Assembly: GCA_009602725.1 (NCBI GenBank)
Contig: WELB01000008.1
Coordinates: 427,300 to 491,299, forward strand
Length of the DNA stretch: 64,000 bases
Direction of reading: 5' to 3'
Source of the DNA: Spirogloea muscicola
Taxonomy: Eukaryota
Under the pieces are notes generated by a model. The model did not search any database, was not told the origin of the DNA, and saw nothing but the letters and a program-made list of their open reading frames with translations. Shown here in pieces: positions 50,594-64,000 of the stretch (its first letter is position 1; every line of letters begins with the position of its first letter). A program made the position numbers and the translations under genes.

Positions 50594-51215
50594 GGCTGCC
50601 GCCGCCGCGGCCGCCGTGGGGCCTCCGCCGCTGGCTTTGCCACTACAGCGGCACCGAGCGAACAATGGAGTATCCGTCGTCGCGAGAGCGGCAAGCGGGA
50701 ACGCAAGTCCACACGCGCACGACGCCCGCCGCCGCCGCCGCCGCCGCCGCCGCGGCCGGCCGCGGCCACGGCCAGGGACGGCGAGGAGCTCGAGTGGGAC
50801 GCAGGCCGGCCGGTCTGCCTGCCCGGCCTCAGCGGGCAGCCTGGTAGGAAGAACACCCGCTCCTCCGGCGCCGTCAATCGAAAGGCCCAAAGGGGGAGCG
50901 GAGACCGTAGAGGCCACCACTAAGCACCACCATTGGCGGCAGCCCGAGCGGACTCGTCTGCGCTCCGGGGCCCTGCCCGCCAGAGCCGGGCAGGCCCGGG
51001 GACTGGGGCCGGCTCGGCCGCCGGATGCACCCCGAGGCTCCCGCCTGGGCTCCATCGGACGGCTCCGAGCGGGGAGGGTGCTGGGGGCCTGGGGTAAACC
51101 CCTGCTCCAAGCACACACACAATCACCAAGCAGGGTTTAAGGCCACCACCCCTCCTCGCCCCCCTTGGCGCCGCGCCCTGCGGCGGCGGCGGCGGCGGCG
51201 TCGCGCGGCGCAGCC

Positions 51216-52848
<1,633 letters not shown>

Positions 52849-53442
52849 TTTCATGCTGTTCACACTTCAAAGAGTCACAAAGCATGAAGCATATCCAAAA
52901 TAGTACCTTTCCACTGTGTGGAACATTGCTGCGATGTCAATTATCATGACCACCATTATACAAGTGTCGTGTCAGATGCACATTCATGCATGCTGGATAC
53001 CTGATCACATAGCAGGCGGAGACACATGCCGATTGTGCTTAAATAAATCTAGGGACATTCAGCTGTTATATGTATCTGCATAACCAGGGAGACCATGCAG
53101 GCAAGTGTACAAACGGAGCACTTATCTACTGCATGCATGGAATTACACCAATGTCCCGATAGGAGCAAGTGATGTAAGATCTGGTTGTTATGAAAGTGCT
53201 CCAATGCACAAAAGTGAAGATTTACTCGGCCTGTCCCTACACTGAACGCTGTGTGCACCCCTACTGTATTTGCTGCTATGCCAGACTAAACAAGCATGCA
53301 ACCTTATCATAGTTACACATTATCCTATAACGCGAACCTATGTCATCACCTAATGTTTTGCTAGCACAATAGAAACCAAGCCTTGTCACTGCTAGTAGAT
53401 ATAGGGCTGGAACGTGTAATCGAGAAGAAAGATTACTATCTA

Positions 53443-54761
53443 TTATCTAGCCTGCTGTTTGTCGACTATTTGGGTCCGCAGAATGGCGCTTAGTGAGCCA
53501 AGACCTGGTTTCAGTTTGCGGCATGTTGCAAATCCCTTGCTCTCGCTGTCTCCCATTGTCTCCCACTGAGGGAAGAATGGAACTGTGACGAACAGCCATA
53601 ATACTGCAGCAGCAACAACCAAGCATGAGTTATCTCATAAAAAGTGCTGTTCTACAGTGGCAGTGCAAGGCCATAAGTGCCGTGCTCCACAGAAGGACAG
53701 GCTTGCAATGCATTGCCTCTTACCAATGTATGCAAGAGTTGGACCAGAGAACATTCTCCCCAGAATGGATGCGCCGTACAGAAAAGTCACAACCTGCACC
53801 AGAACAGTAGACTCAGACCACTAATACTGGGCACATAGATTAACTTCCTGACCCAATTCTACTGCAGTCCATCAACTCAAAGCACGCTCTAAAATCCAAA
53901 TGCAATACTAATTGTATTGCAGGCCTAAGAAGAGGAGGGAACATTGCACAAGGTGCTTGCCAGAACATCTAACCTTCGCAAAGAGCTTGTAATCAGATCC
54001 ACTCGCTGCCACTCTAAGGACACCCTCTGTTGCGCAGACGGTGTTTGCTAAGCATGCGACAAAGCATGTTGCTGCCTCGGCTGATAGTTGAACCTCAAAG
54101 GGACTCGTAGAGATTCTGCACAAACAAGGCCCCGCAAGTGTGATTGTAGAAGCTCTCTTGTCAAGAGCATGTATGCAAGCACATATACCATCTTCGCGGT
54201 AATGTCAGATGGTGTACATATAACATCCACAGAGACTGTTTCGAAGCACTCACGAGATCTTGAGATGCCGGCACAGTAATTTCAGGATGCCAAGAGCGCA
54301 CACAATGACCAGGAGCATGTCCGCAATCAATGACACAAATGTCCGGTTTGCAGCCATGCAGTGCCAGTAGATGAGGCTGCTGACAACAAGCACCAGTGCC
54401 GCAGCACCAGGCTGCCTCCAAAGATTTACAACGTCCACTGGGAATCAAAATTAAGAGAGAATCTGTCAGCACTGCAATCTCAGAGCCAGACTATGTGCAC
54501 ATCCGTCTCACTTCACCAAACAAAGTGCCTGAAGCACTGCCTGGCAAAAGGCGCAGATGAGTATAAGAAGCTACAGTCTCCATGTCCGGACCCCTCCCCG
54601 CAGCAGGTGCTTGTAGATGCGTCATTGTGCGCACCTGGGCGCAGATTTGATCTGCTGCAGATGTCAGATATCTCCGACAGGCTGGACTTTGTAAACGGAG
54701 CATTGCTGCAGATGAACTCTGAGCTCCGTCGCTCAGCAATCTGCCCCTTGAGGCCGGTCAT
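53443..54761 (-). CDS. Reticulon-like protein (RTNLB22/23-like), multi-exon; start codon tentative
   Basis: LVLVVSSLIYWHC..NRTFVSLIADMLLVIVCALGIL, EVQLSAEAA..FVACLANTVCATEGVLRVAASGSDYKLFAK and FLYGASILGRMFSGPTLAY resemble plant RTNLB22/23. Confidence 0.8.
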
Positions 54762-55699
54762 CGAGCGGGCACCAAAGGATGTGCACCGGGCCCACTGGCT
54801 GCCAAATTGGCAAATCAGACGCCTTGCCAACTCCACATCGCTGTGCCCGCCATCAAGCACAGCCGCCGGCAGGCAAGAGCGCCAGAGGCGGAAGCCTGGC
54901 CGCGAGCCTGCTGCAAGCGCGCCGGGCCTGATCGACGGGAAGGGCGAGGGAGCACTATGCGGACGAGGCCGAGCGCTGCACTGGAGGCGGCACGAGGCGG
55001 AGCCGGCTGTGCTGGGAGGCGGCTGGCGGCGACGAGAGCGCGTGGCGCGCGTCAATTGTGGCTCTGCGGCGGCGGTGGCGGCGGCGGCGACGCCGGCAGT
55101 CCGAGCTCAGTACCGCGCGGGGGAGGGGATGATGGGAGGAGGGGGTGGTCAAGCTGGCTTCCTGGCTTCTGGCGCAGGGAGGAAGATATAATAAGGAAGA
55201 CTATCCAGTGGTGGGCGATGGCTGTGAGGAAGAAATACTTATATTACTGTAAGGCAAAGCCCCAACATGCAGTGAGCTCCCTTAAAAGGGGGCAAGGGCT
55301 GTGTAAAGCCAGCACACAAAGAAAATGTACAAGGGCGGACGAGCCCCCAAACATAGGAGAAGCCGGCCGGGCCGCCGTGACGGCGGTGCGCTCTCCACGC
55401 GCAAAGCGGCGGGGGCGGCGGCGGGAGGCTAATTCCGTGCACACTAGTGTGCCTCGCCTCTCCTCTAATTTTTGCCCTAGCCTTTGGATCCGTCATGACA
55501 CCTGTATGCATCTGGCTGGCAATTCACAGCCGATTCTTTAATATCAGCAGCCGTCATCTATTTCTGCTCTGACGAATGCAAAGGCTCCACAATGCCTATC
55601 AGAAAAAGCTTGATGACGTGAAACAGGTGAGCCTGCATACTTGTGCTCTATTCCGGTGAGGGCGAAAGCAGCCTGGCCTCCCGGCCACATTTCTAAGGG

Positions 55700-55768
55700 A
55701 GAGAAGGCGCGCGGGGCGCATGAATTGAAAGGGAGGCCAATTCAAGCCAATACATTGTTCAGGCAGAG
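55700..55768 (-). mobile_element. Family C retroelement 3' UTR remnant
   Basis: Near-exact reverse complement of 35450-35517. Confidence 0.8.
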
Positions 55769-56289
55769 AAAGGGGCCGTCAGAGGGCGGGCCCCACGACG
55801 GTGTCGCCGGACCGCAAACTGCGATACGATCGTATCGCAGTTTCTCATGGGCGGCCCGACGGCGGGGCCGCCAAGCTGCGTGCCGCTGGCGGCCCCGCAA
55901 GAGCCCCCTCGGGCCGCTCCCCCGCGGCGGGCCCAGTCTGTGAACGGCGGGACAGGGCGAGCCGCCTGACGTGTGGCACTGAGCTACCGCAGGCTGGCTG
56001 CCCGGTGGGGTCACAGGCCAACTTCTGCCAAGCAACACTGGCGGCGTGGAGGCGCGCGTGCGTGCGGCTGCGGCCCCAGAAGGGGCCAGGTGAGCCCCAT
56101 GTCATCTGATCTGATCTCAGATTCATTGGCGGTCAGGTGTTTCCTGCCCCACAAAACCCAGGTGTTGAAAGGGCCGCGGCTGTTTGCTTAATCACTGTGC
56201 TGCTGCCGGCCTTCGTTGAGCACCCTCCTGCCCCCCGGCTTCTCGTCCTTTGGCCCTCCTAGACTGAAGCTCGCTTTTGTGCGACGGTC

Positions 56290-56870
56290 TCCACGCCCGG
56301 CGTGTAGACCTGGTGGCCACCCCACAGGCCGGCGGGCCACGTCTCCTGGACGTGGTGACCACTGATGCCTACGACCGCTCACACCCAGCTCAATGTGCCA
56401 CCAAGGCTGGGTATGCGGTCGCCTGCGCTACTGGGCCAAAGAGCTGAAGTACGCCGACCATCCGCGGGAAGACGAGTTCGTCCCGTTGGCCATTGATACC
56501 CATGGGGCGCTGGGCGCTCGGTGGCTCGAGCTGCTCATCCAGCTCGCCCGCCACACCATCGCCCGTCGCTTCCATGGGGAGCCGGTCGACTTCCCTGCAG
56601 TCGGGTCGCTGGCGCAAGTGTATCGAATGCGCCTGGCCGTCTCGCTGCAGAGGTCTATGGCCCGGGCGTTGCACCTTCGTGCCGGCAGAGCCCTCGCTGC
56701 TGCCTCTGGCTCTGGCCAGGGGACCCACTTCAACGAGCCTAGCCTCTCCGACCTGCGGCTGCTTAGCAGAGGTTACTGAGTGATTCTCCTGTAGCTCTTT
56801 GGATTTTGTCCATTCTTTTTTGGCTGGCTTCTGCCAGCCCCTCTCTTCTATGGGCGAGCTTTCCCCCTTT
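56290..56870 (+). mobile_element. Degenerate RLE non-LTR retrotransposon fragment, family B
   Basis: RRVDLVATPQAGGPRLLDVVTTDAY...AGYAVACA (frameshift) AKELKY...FVPLAIDTHGALG...RLAVSLQRSMARAL...LLSRGY*, followed by a UTR with a ggctgg..ccagcc hairpin. Confidence 0.8.
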
Positions 56871-58044
56871 GTGCCATCGTTTGCACTCCCTGTCCGTTGA
56901 ATGGACTAATGTTTGACTCGGCTTGGCCTCCCTCCCCAATGCACGCCAAGCGTCTCTATCCCTCTTCTAATTTTGATTAAACTGCTACATGACCTCGTCC
57001 ATTGATTGTGTGCTGGCTTTTCACAGCCCTCGCCCCCTTTGGAAGAGCCACGTTTACAATGACAGTCCTAGGGAGAGCTTCTCTTTTCGGGCTGGCTTTT
57101 CCAGCCCCTATTCTCAATGGGCGAGCACTTTCTCCTTTCTCTTTTCCACAAGCCATTCTGGGAGATCTTGTCATGCCACGGGGTTGCTGCCAATCATTGT
57201 CGTAGGCCAGATCAGCAGAAAAACACGAGTAACATGTCAAATATCACGTGGCAGGCAAGCAAATCACATTGAACTTCAAAATGACATTACCAAAGAGGAG
57301 GCTGAATGCCCTGCCCGGGGTCAGACCCAAGCACAATGTATGCAACACAGTGCGAAACTTGACACAGGTGACATGGTGCACAGTCAAGAACCTGTGATGT
57401 AAAGACATGCCGATAAACATTAGGCGACATGCTTTCAACAACAAAGAAAGCAACACCAGGCGGGTCAACTTCTTAAATTTTGTGGCTTTAGTGGCATTGG
57501 AAACTTTTGCCCTACGAGGCCCTGCTCAAAATATGGTCAGGCTGACAAATACATGCATGCACGAGGACCCAACCCTAGCGAGCTCGAGTAGTGCATGGAT
57601 TACAACCGGGGATTCAAGTCTCCACGATGCTCCCTTCTGACTAACGTCCATCTTATTGGACAGGCTTTTAAAGCTGACGCTATCTCAAGGATGCTTAATG
57701 TCACAATATGCTAACCAAGCCAAACAGAAGGTCAACGTTTGACAGGTAGCTGAAATTTGAACACTCTGCACCTGAACTTGATGATGTGGCTGAAACCTGG
57801 GGCAAGGCCCAACTGACCAAGTAATTTGTAAGGGCGACAGCGAGGCCCAAAATTCCATGTAACCAAGGGGCGAATTCTAAGCACATCACAGCCATTGTCT
57901 GAATCTGGGAGTGCAACTTCTACGTTCCCTTAATGGTCGCTACGCTGTCCAGGCTCCGTCAGACTTTGTTCGTCCTCTTGTGGGCTGGGTTCTCACAGCC
58001 CTGGCCTCCTTTGGAAGAGCTGCTACTTCTTTAGCCTGCCCTGC

Positions 58045-58270
58045 TGAGAGAAGGCGCGCGATGCACATGGATGAAAGGGTTGCACTTTAAGCCAATGCAC
58101 TGTTCAGACAAAGCTAGTGCAAAGGGGCTACAAAGACAAAGCACTATTATGAAGGTGGCTAAGGTAAGAGTGACATCAGTATTCACGAGTGAGCACATAC
58201 AACTCTGACAGGCTAACGTTGGGAGCCGAAGCGCCGCCACGAAAGCCGGTGGCCTGACTTCGAGCGCGCC
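58045..58270 (-). mobile_element. RLE retroelement 3' end, family C
   Basis: GFRGGASAPNVSLSELYVLTREY*, then a UTR ending gcgcgccttctctc, collinear with 35295-35525. Confidence 0.75.
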
Positions 58271-58452
58271 CACACGCTGATGAATAACCTGTTAGAATAT
58301 AGGCATTAGCTCCTTTCGTTATTCTCCATACTATTTCAAGTGTCCCACTTAGGGAAGCACCTGTCGCTTCCAGAGGTGGCTTGCCCGGATCATCAGGGTG
58401 ACACGTAGACAGATCACACATGTGAGTATGTGCCTCACACCTGTGGACACAT

Positions 58453-58541
58453 CAGCTTAACGGACACCTAGGGCCGGCTCTGCAGCAGGCCCCTGCCCGA
58501 CTAGCTTAACGGACACCTCGGGCCGGCTCTGCAGCCGGCCC
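58453..58541. repeat. 49-bp tandem duplication
   Basis: agcttaacggacacct.gggccggctctgcagc.ggccc occurs twice. Confidence 0.85.
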
Positions 58542-59176
58542 TCCTTGGGCCCCCGGTGTGCAGACCCGCCGGGACCCACTGTGCCCATGTGATTCTGCAT
58601 TCTTTCTATGTAGGCAAAAGGGGGTCGAGTGAGCTCAAGCTTGCTCACTCTAACAGGAGCCACCGTCCTCCTTCTGCCCACCGCTCCTCCTTGCTTGCCA
58701 GCGCCCACGCCACCTGCCTTGAGCTGCTGCCGGCCTGCTTCCTGCCGGACCCTGCCGCCATCACCGCCATGGGCAAGAAGGCTGTCTTTGCTGTGGGCAA
58801 GAAGGCGAGGAAGAAAGCGCGGCGCTCCATTCAAGAGCACCGCGTCCTCATCGCCTGAGCCTCAAGCTTCTTCACGGCCTGAGCCCCAACCGAGTGATGG
58901 TGAGACTCTGGGTCCTGGGCATTCAGTTAGCCCTAATACGGCACTAACGAATAGCCCAGCTCAACATAACCAGAGCTTGGGAGCGCTGCAGAGTAAGCCA
59001 GAGCCGCGTTCTGTGACAAGGAACAGCTCGTCGCTCGCGCGTTCCGTCCTACGAGTCGAAGGCTCGGCCCCATGGCCCCAGGGTGGCCGAGCTGCCAACT
59101 GGGAAGAGCTGACGAGGACGCCGTGGTTGCACCAGTCCCCCGGCCCGCGCGGCCGCGAGCTCGCCCTCGAGCCGCC

Positions 59177-61136
59177 ATGCTCGCCGGCTCCGCCCCCGCT
59201 GCCGCCGCCGCCGCCGCCGCTNCGCCGCGCGCAGCTGCCCCGCCGTCGCGCTGCTGCGCGGCCGGAGCTTCGGCCTGGCCGGTGCGCTGTGGACTGGAGC
59301 CGGAGGTGAGCCCCGCCAGCACGGATGCCGGAGACTGCTGACGGCCGCTTCTGCTTGCTCGTATCGATCTCGCAGGCCATGTTCAGCTTCCTCCACAGTC
59401 TTTTCCTTGGACTTGCTGCGGCCTGAGGTACTTTGAAGGCGTCGCCCGAAGGGAAGTCTGATGTACTTTCACATTCTTCTCTGCTGCGGTGCCAGGCAGC
59501 AAGCTGTCCAACTGGAGGCTCCCTTGCAGAGTATGCAGAAGCGGTTCTTGCTTGGATTCCTCCAAATGCATCAAATTGAATCCTGTTGAGCTACTTTACC
59601 AATATCACTTGAAACTTGCGCGCCCTTGTCGCACTGGAGATAGAATTTGCTTTGTCAGACTAGACATAGCGTATGTCTGGTCTGACATTTGCTTATTAGC
59701 CAATAAGCAGATTCAGCACGTGTTTCCTGCAGAATAAGGAAGCCCTACGGAGGTCAACACATTCCGCCATGGCGTCAGCAGGGGCACAAGGAGGAAGTGC
59801 AGAAGGTTATGAACAGCTGTTGCACCTCAGTCTTACATCGTCTCTGTTTGAAATCATCTCCAAACATATTGCCCTGCATGGACAACCGGTTCGGTAACTG
59901 TTTGAGTGAGAGCTATTAGTTAAATATTGCTACTCAAGTCAGATCCGCTTTCTTGTCAGACGTTCTCCAGAAGGGTGGACACGCAATGAGAGACGGGCTT
60001 CTGGTCCATCAGGTTATTTGTCAGCTCTCATTTGAGAACCAATCTAGTGTTCTCTGTGGCCTATCAGGAGCGACGAAACTTGCTGACAAGAAATGCATAC
60101 CATGTTCTACAAAGGATATGAAGCCACTGGGTCGCGGAGATGCCGAGGCGATGCATGCACAGGTGAGTCGAGGATAAGATGCACAGAAGGGTTGCAGTAA
60201 GACATTTTTGCTGCCAAAATTGCTGCGCTAAACTCAGACAAAGTGAGATTGAATGGAACGACCAAAACGAGCATGCCGTGACATGCAGCCATGCAAGTTT
60301 TGCTTGGGTGGCTACATATTAGCTAGCTGGCTCGTAAGTTTTTCTCACTTAAGTCAGAAGTACATAGGTCCGCGAGTGGGACCTTAGTGACGTGGATGGA
60401 CGACTCCAACTACAGAGGTCTTGGAAAGTTAAAAATTTTGTCAAAGGCATTGAGCTCTTTGAACGGATTGCTACCGTTGCTGAGGCTGAAGGTCAGTATC
60501 TCACTTCTTGAAATAGCCCATCCTATCGGGATTGAGCAATGCTGCAGAGTCACTCATAAACATCTCTTAGTAAGGGGTGCTCTTTGTGCCAGCGTTCCAC
60601 TTGCATAGCCTGCAGGATGCAGAGACAATGATTGCTAAGGGTGCTACGTAGTGCTGCGAAAACGACTCAGCTATCACGCAAAATTTGACCAAAATACAAG
60701 TATTGCACCATGCGGCTAGTACTGAAACTGGTCCGCCTTCACACCCCAGGTCATCATCCAGATCTACATCTTGAAGGGTGGAACAATGTCCGTGTTGAAA
60801 TTTCTACACATTCAATAGGTAAGAAGTCCTGTCGTACGAGTCTTTGTCAGCTGCAGCCGTCCGATTCATGCTCTCCTGCTCTACCCTCTGTACTGGTTTG
60901 ATTAGACCAGTGCTTGCACACAGCAACGGACTACGTTTAGCTCCAGCTCTTCCGCACGACTTGCGATGCTTATGAAGCTTAGACCTCAGCCAGTTGGAGT
61001 AATCAAACATATCTATACTATTTGTGCAGGTGGTTTGACAGAAAATGATTTCATTTTAGCTGCAAAGATCGGTGCCTTAGACACTGAGGATCTTTTGAGG
61101 AAGCCCAAGAATGTCCAGGCAGCTGGGGATGCTTGA
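59177..61136 (+). CDS. PCD: Pterin-4a-carbinolamine dehydratase with an N-terminal targeting peptide, multi-exon
   Basis: LADKKCIPCSTKDMK, LQRSWKVKNFVKGIELFERIATVAEAEG|HHPDLHLEGWNNVRVEISTHSIG|GLTENDFILAAKI. The catalytic HHPD motif is intact. Confidence 0.9.
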
Positions 61137-61263
61137 TACATATCATCGTACCTGTGAATTCACGAGCTCCTGCTCTGTTTCACATTCTTATTGCTTTCAA
61201 TGGAAGGCAACCAAGCGGTGGCTGTCCCAAGTTGTCCTGCTTCATTGCCTTCTTCGCCTTGCT

Positions 61264-61345
61264 AGCACCAGAGGTTCAGCTTCCTGCAGAGCCTCAAAGT
61301 TGAGCACCAGAGGTTCAGCTTCCTGCGGAGCCTCAAAGTTGAGCA
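61264..61345. repeat. 39-bp tandem duplication
   Basis: agcaccagaggttcagcttcctgc.gagcctcaaagttg occurs twice. Confidence 0.9.
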
Positions 61346-62570
61346 AGAAGTTTACCAGCCTTCACCACATGCTGCTGATGAGCATAACTTGGACCGTGTT
61401 TGTCCAGTGCATTCGACTTGTCGACGCTGTAAGTACCCAGCGTCTGCCAGGTGCCTGTAAGCGGTGCCACATTACCTTGCCTCGGTGAACAAGGATCACA
61501 CAATCACTGTGTCTCCTTCTGCATAACCAAGTATGTTGTCGCTACAAGTCCCAGGGCTTTAGTGTCAACTTATGCAGCAGCTGTGCACAGAGTTGCAGGA
61601 AGAGTCGCGGACTAATGTGGACTTTGCCGAAATGCGCGGCACCAGTGCTGCTTGGCCATCTACAGACCAACGAATTTGAGCACTCGTACAATGGCGACGG
61701 TGGCTGAGAGAGGTCAGCTCGAATGCCCGATGGACCGAAGAATCGGGCAGGCAGCACAAGCTGAGCAGGTGGGCTCGTCACCGAGAGCAAGAGAGCAAGG
61801 TGAAGACTAGAAGCAAGTATGTCATGCTCCACACTCTGCTTTTAGCAGTAGCGAGCCCAGCACATGCGTGACGGAGCAGCGTGGTAGAGGAGCTGCTTAA
61901 TCTGAAAAGAAACACCAAAGAACTCTTGCATGAAGTGGCCATGGCTGGAAATGGCCAGCCGGCGAGGTGATGTGCAGGGCGGGTTGGGGAGGGGCCCTGG
62001 CCCCAGTCATGTGCAATGCCGGAGCCATGAGAATCGATTAGAAGGTGCACAATGCCCAGCACGGGAGGCCTAAGCCGAGGCGGTTCAAGCAAATGGCAAA
62101 GGGACTGGAACAATGGGGCTGCACAAAGCAAAGGCCGAGTCGACTTCAGGAGGGGCCAAGAGGAGCAGGGCGACAGTCTGGCACTGCAGGGGCTCCAGTA
62201 CCCATGAACGAGCTCAAGAAACAGCAAATCCAAGGCCATGGCCGTAGAGAGGCCAGCCCAAAGAAATGTACAGGAAAGTAAGCTAATCCGAACGGGGCGA
62301 GGGCTGTGAAAAGCCAACTCTAAAAGACTGGACAAGGTCCGAAAGCTCTGAAGACGAGCAATTGAGCGAGTACCGCGATGATAAGGTCTGCAAAGTTGAT
62401 GGACGGCGAAAGAAGTTGCGCGGTGCGCCTGGATTGCAGGGGAAGTAAGTGAGCAGCCGCGAGCCGGGCAGGCCAACTACTTCACTGTCTGGGGAGCTGA
62501 GCCGGAGGAGTTCGGGGTTGACGGGAGGGAGTGCGAGGGAGGGGTTTGGAATAAATTTCGTGTATATGAA

Positions 62571-62795
62571 ACAAACGAAGGCCAAATGGGCAAGCACATC
62601 TGAAGACCTTTACATAACGTACAGCAGATTGACACGCTCAGAAACCACGGGTCAAAACGTAAAGGTCGCGCTAATCGATGCCTGAATACTAGATGTCAGG
62701 TATGAAGCCCCTGTTGCCACCAATTAGAGCTCGCCCTTGGTGCAAGGCACTAGCCTGAGCACGCTGCAAACAGGCGCGCCGACACTCTTCGTCGC
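62571..62795 (-). mobile_element. RLE retroelement 3' end, family A
   Basis: Reverse complement aligns with 5165-5395 (gcagcgtgctcaggct...gggcgagctcta...ttgacccgtggtt.ctgagcg.gtcaatctgctgta). Confidence 0.8.
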
Positions 62796-62995
62796 AAGAA
62801 CAAAGTTAAAGAGGGGTTTGGAACTCGAAAAGCCCCCCCCTTGAGACCGGGGGTTTTTGGCGGGCGGGGTTTTGGGCCGGGGGGGGGGGGGGGCGCAGAT
62901 TCGGCCGTTCCGCCATTGGTCCTCCACCCAGGCCCGGGATCTCCCCTCTCCTCGCTTTCTCAGCCGGCCGCCGCCGCCGCCGCCGCCACAGCCGC

Positions 62996-63117
<122 letters not shown>

Positions 63118-63118
63118 N

Positions 63119-63190
63119 AGCACCCACGGGTGAGTACATACAGATCCGACAGGCTCATTCGGGGGGAGCCGGAGCTCCGCCACGGAAGAC
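63119..63190 (-). mobile_element. RLE retroelement fragment, family C
   Basis: Reverse strand reads ttccgtggcggagctccggctccc...agcctgtcggatctgtatgtactcacccgtgggtg (FRGGAPAP..SLSDLYVLTRG). Confidence 0.7.
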
Positions 63191-63306
63191 GGTGGCCAAC
63201 AGAGACAAAGGTGGGCCAAGGGCTTTTGGGGCCGTTGGCTGCCGTTAACCCTTGCTTACCTTCAGGGACGCTTTTCAAGCCGTCGATGTCGAGATCTGAC
63301 GGCCAG

Positions 63307-63838
63307 ATGGCAGCGGCTTTGTCTCCAGTCGTCTCTCGCCCTGGGCTGTGTCCTAGGGCGGGAAGCCGGGCGGAACCCCCCGCGCCGCGCCTGGCGGCGG
63401 CCATGGCGGAGGGCGCGGCGGCGGAGGCGGCGGCGGAGGAGGCGGCCGCCGAGCAGGAGGCCGCCGAGCACGACGAAGACCTTGCGGCGGCGGAGGACGG
63501 AGGCGGCCGCGGCGACGGCGGCGGCGGCGGTGGCGGCGAGGCGGGCGCCGACGACGGCGGCAGCGCTTCTGGCCCCGCTGGCCTTGGCGGAGCTCTGGCA
63601 ATGGCGCTGCAGGGGTGGAACGAGCGCGTCGCCGCCGACCCGCAGTTCGTGTTCAAGGTGCTGACTGAGCAGATCATTGGTGTGTCGGCGTGCGTCGCTG
63701 GGGACATGGCGTCCCGGCCCAACTACGGCCTTGGCGAGCTGGACTTTGTCTTCTCCACGCTCGTTGTCGGCTCCATCCTCAACTTCTCCCTCATGTTCCT
63801 CCTCGCGCCCACCACATCATCCACCGCCATCGCCGAGC
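63307..63838 (+). CDS. RETICULATA-related (RER2/3-like, DUF3411) plastid envelope protein, first exon; gene continues past the window
   Basis: Gly-rich linker, then GWNERVAADPQFVFKVLTEQIIGVSACVAGDMASRPNYGLGELDFVFSTLVVGSILNFSLMFLLAPT, ending at a gtgagt donor. Confidence 0.9.
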
Positions 63839-64000
63839 GTGAGTGCCCAGCTAGCCCTCCTGCCTCTCTTCAAGGCTGCCAAGGTGTCGAGGCCCGCACT
63901 TGTTGCCACTGTGCTGGCCAGAATAATGTGAAATGTACTTATTGCATGATGAAGACGGCTGGCACCTCGCTGACTTGCACGAAGTACCGCTCAAGCTCCA

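Overview
Intron-rich, GC-rich eukaryotic nuclear DNA from a green plant lineage. It is most likely a streptophyte alga, inferred from GT-AG introns, TTTAGGG-type telomere-like motifs, and land-plant-type genes (GH9-CBM49, RTNLB22-like, RER, PCD). Fifteen gene models can be reconstructed by hand: BolA (3' exon), class 3 lipase, SMP/C2 protein, GlnT/GmaS-type glutamate-amine ligase, REX4-like exonuclease, plastid ATP/ADP transporter, class I methyltransferase, TPR protein, ELO elongase, GH9 endoglucanase with CBM49, a starch synthase pseudogene, RPL37a, reticulon, pterin carbinolamine dehydratase and RETICULATA-related (5' part). Five observations stand out. (1) A bacterial-type GlnT/GmaS (gamma-glutamylmethylamide synthetase-like) gene is split by 12 spliceosomal introns, suggesting a domesticated horizontal transfer. 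(2) An SS4-like starch synthase with an N-terminal CBM-like module carries three lesions, one a 23-bp hairpin micro-inversion inside an exon. (3) Intergenic DNA is paved with 5'-truncated 3' tips of at least three families of RLE-type non-LTR retrotransposons, which share an 'LTRGY*' end and stem-loops. (4) A mitochondrial cob fragment forms the 3' half of a nuclear intron. (5) The GH9 has an extensin-like linker, a His-rich RRLL segment and a CBM49. All family assignments come from recalled motifs, not database searches, and exon boundaries are manual predictions.
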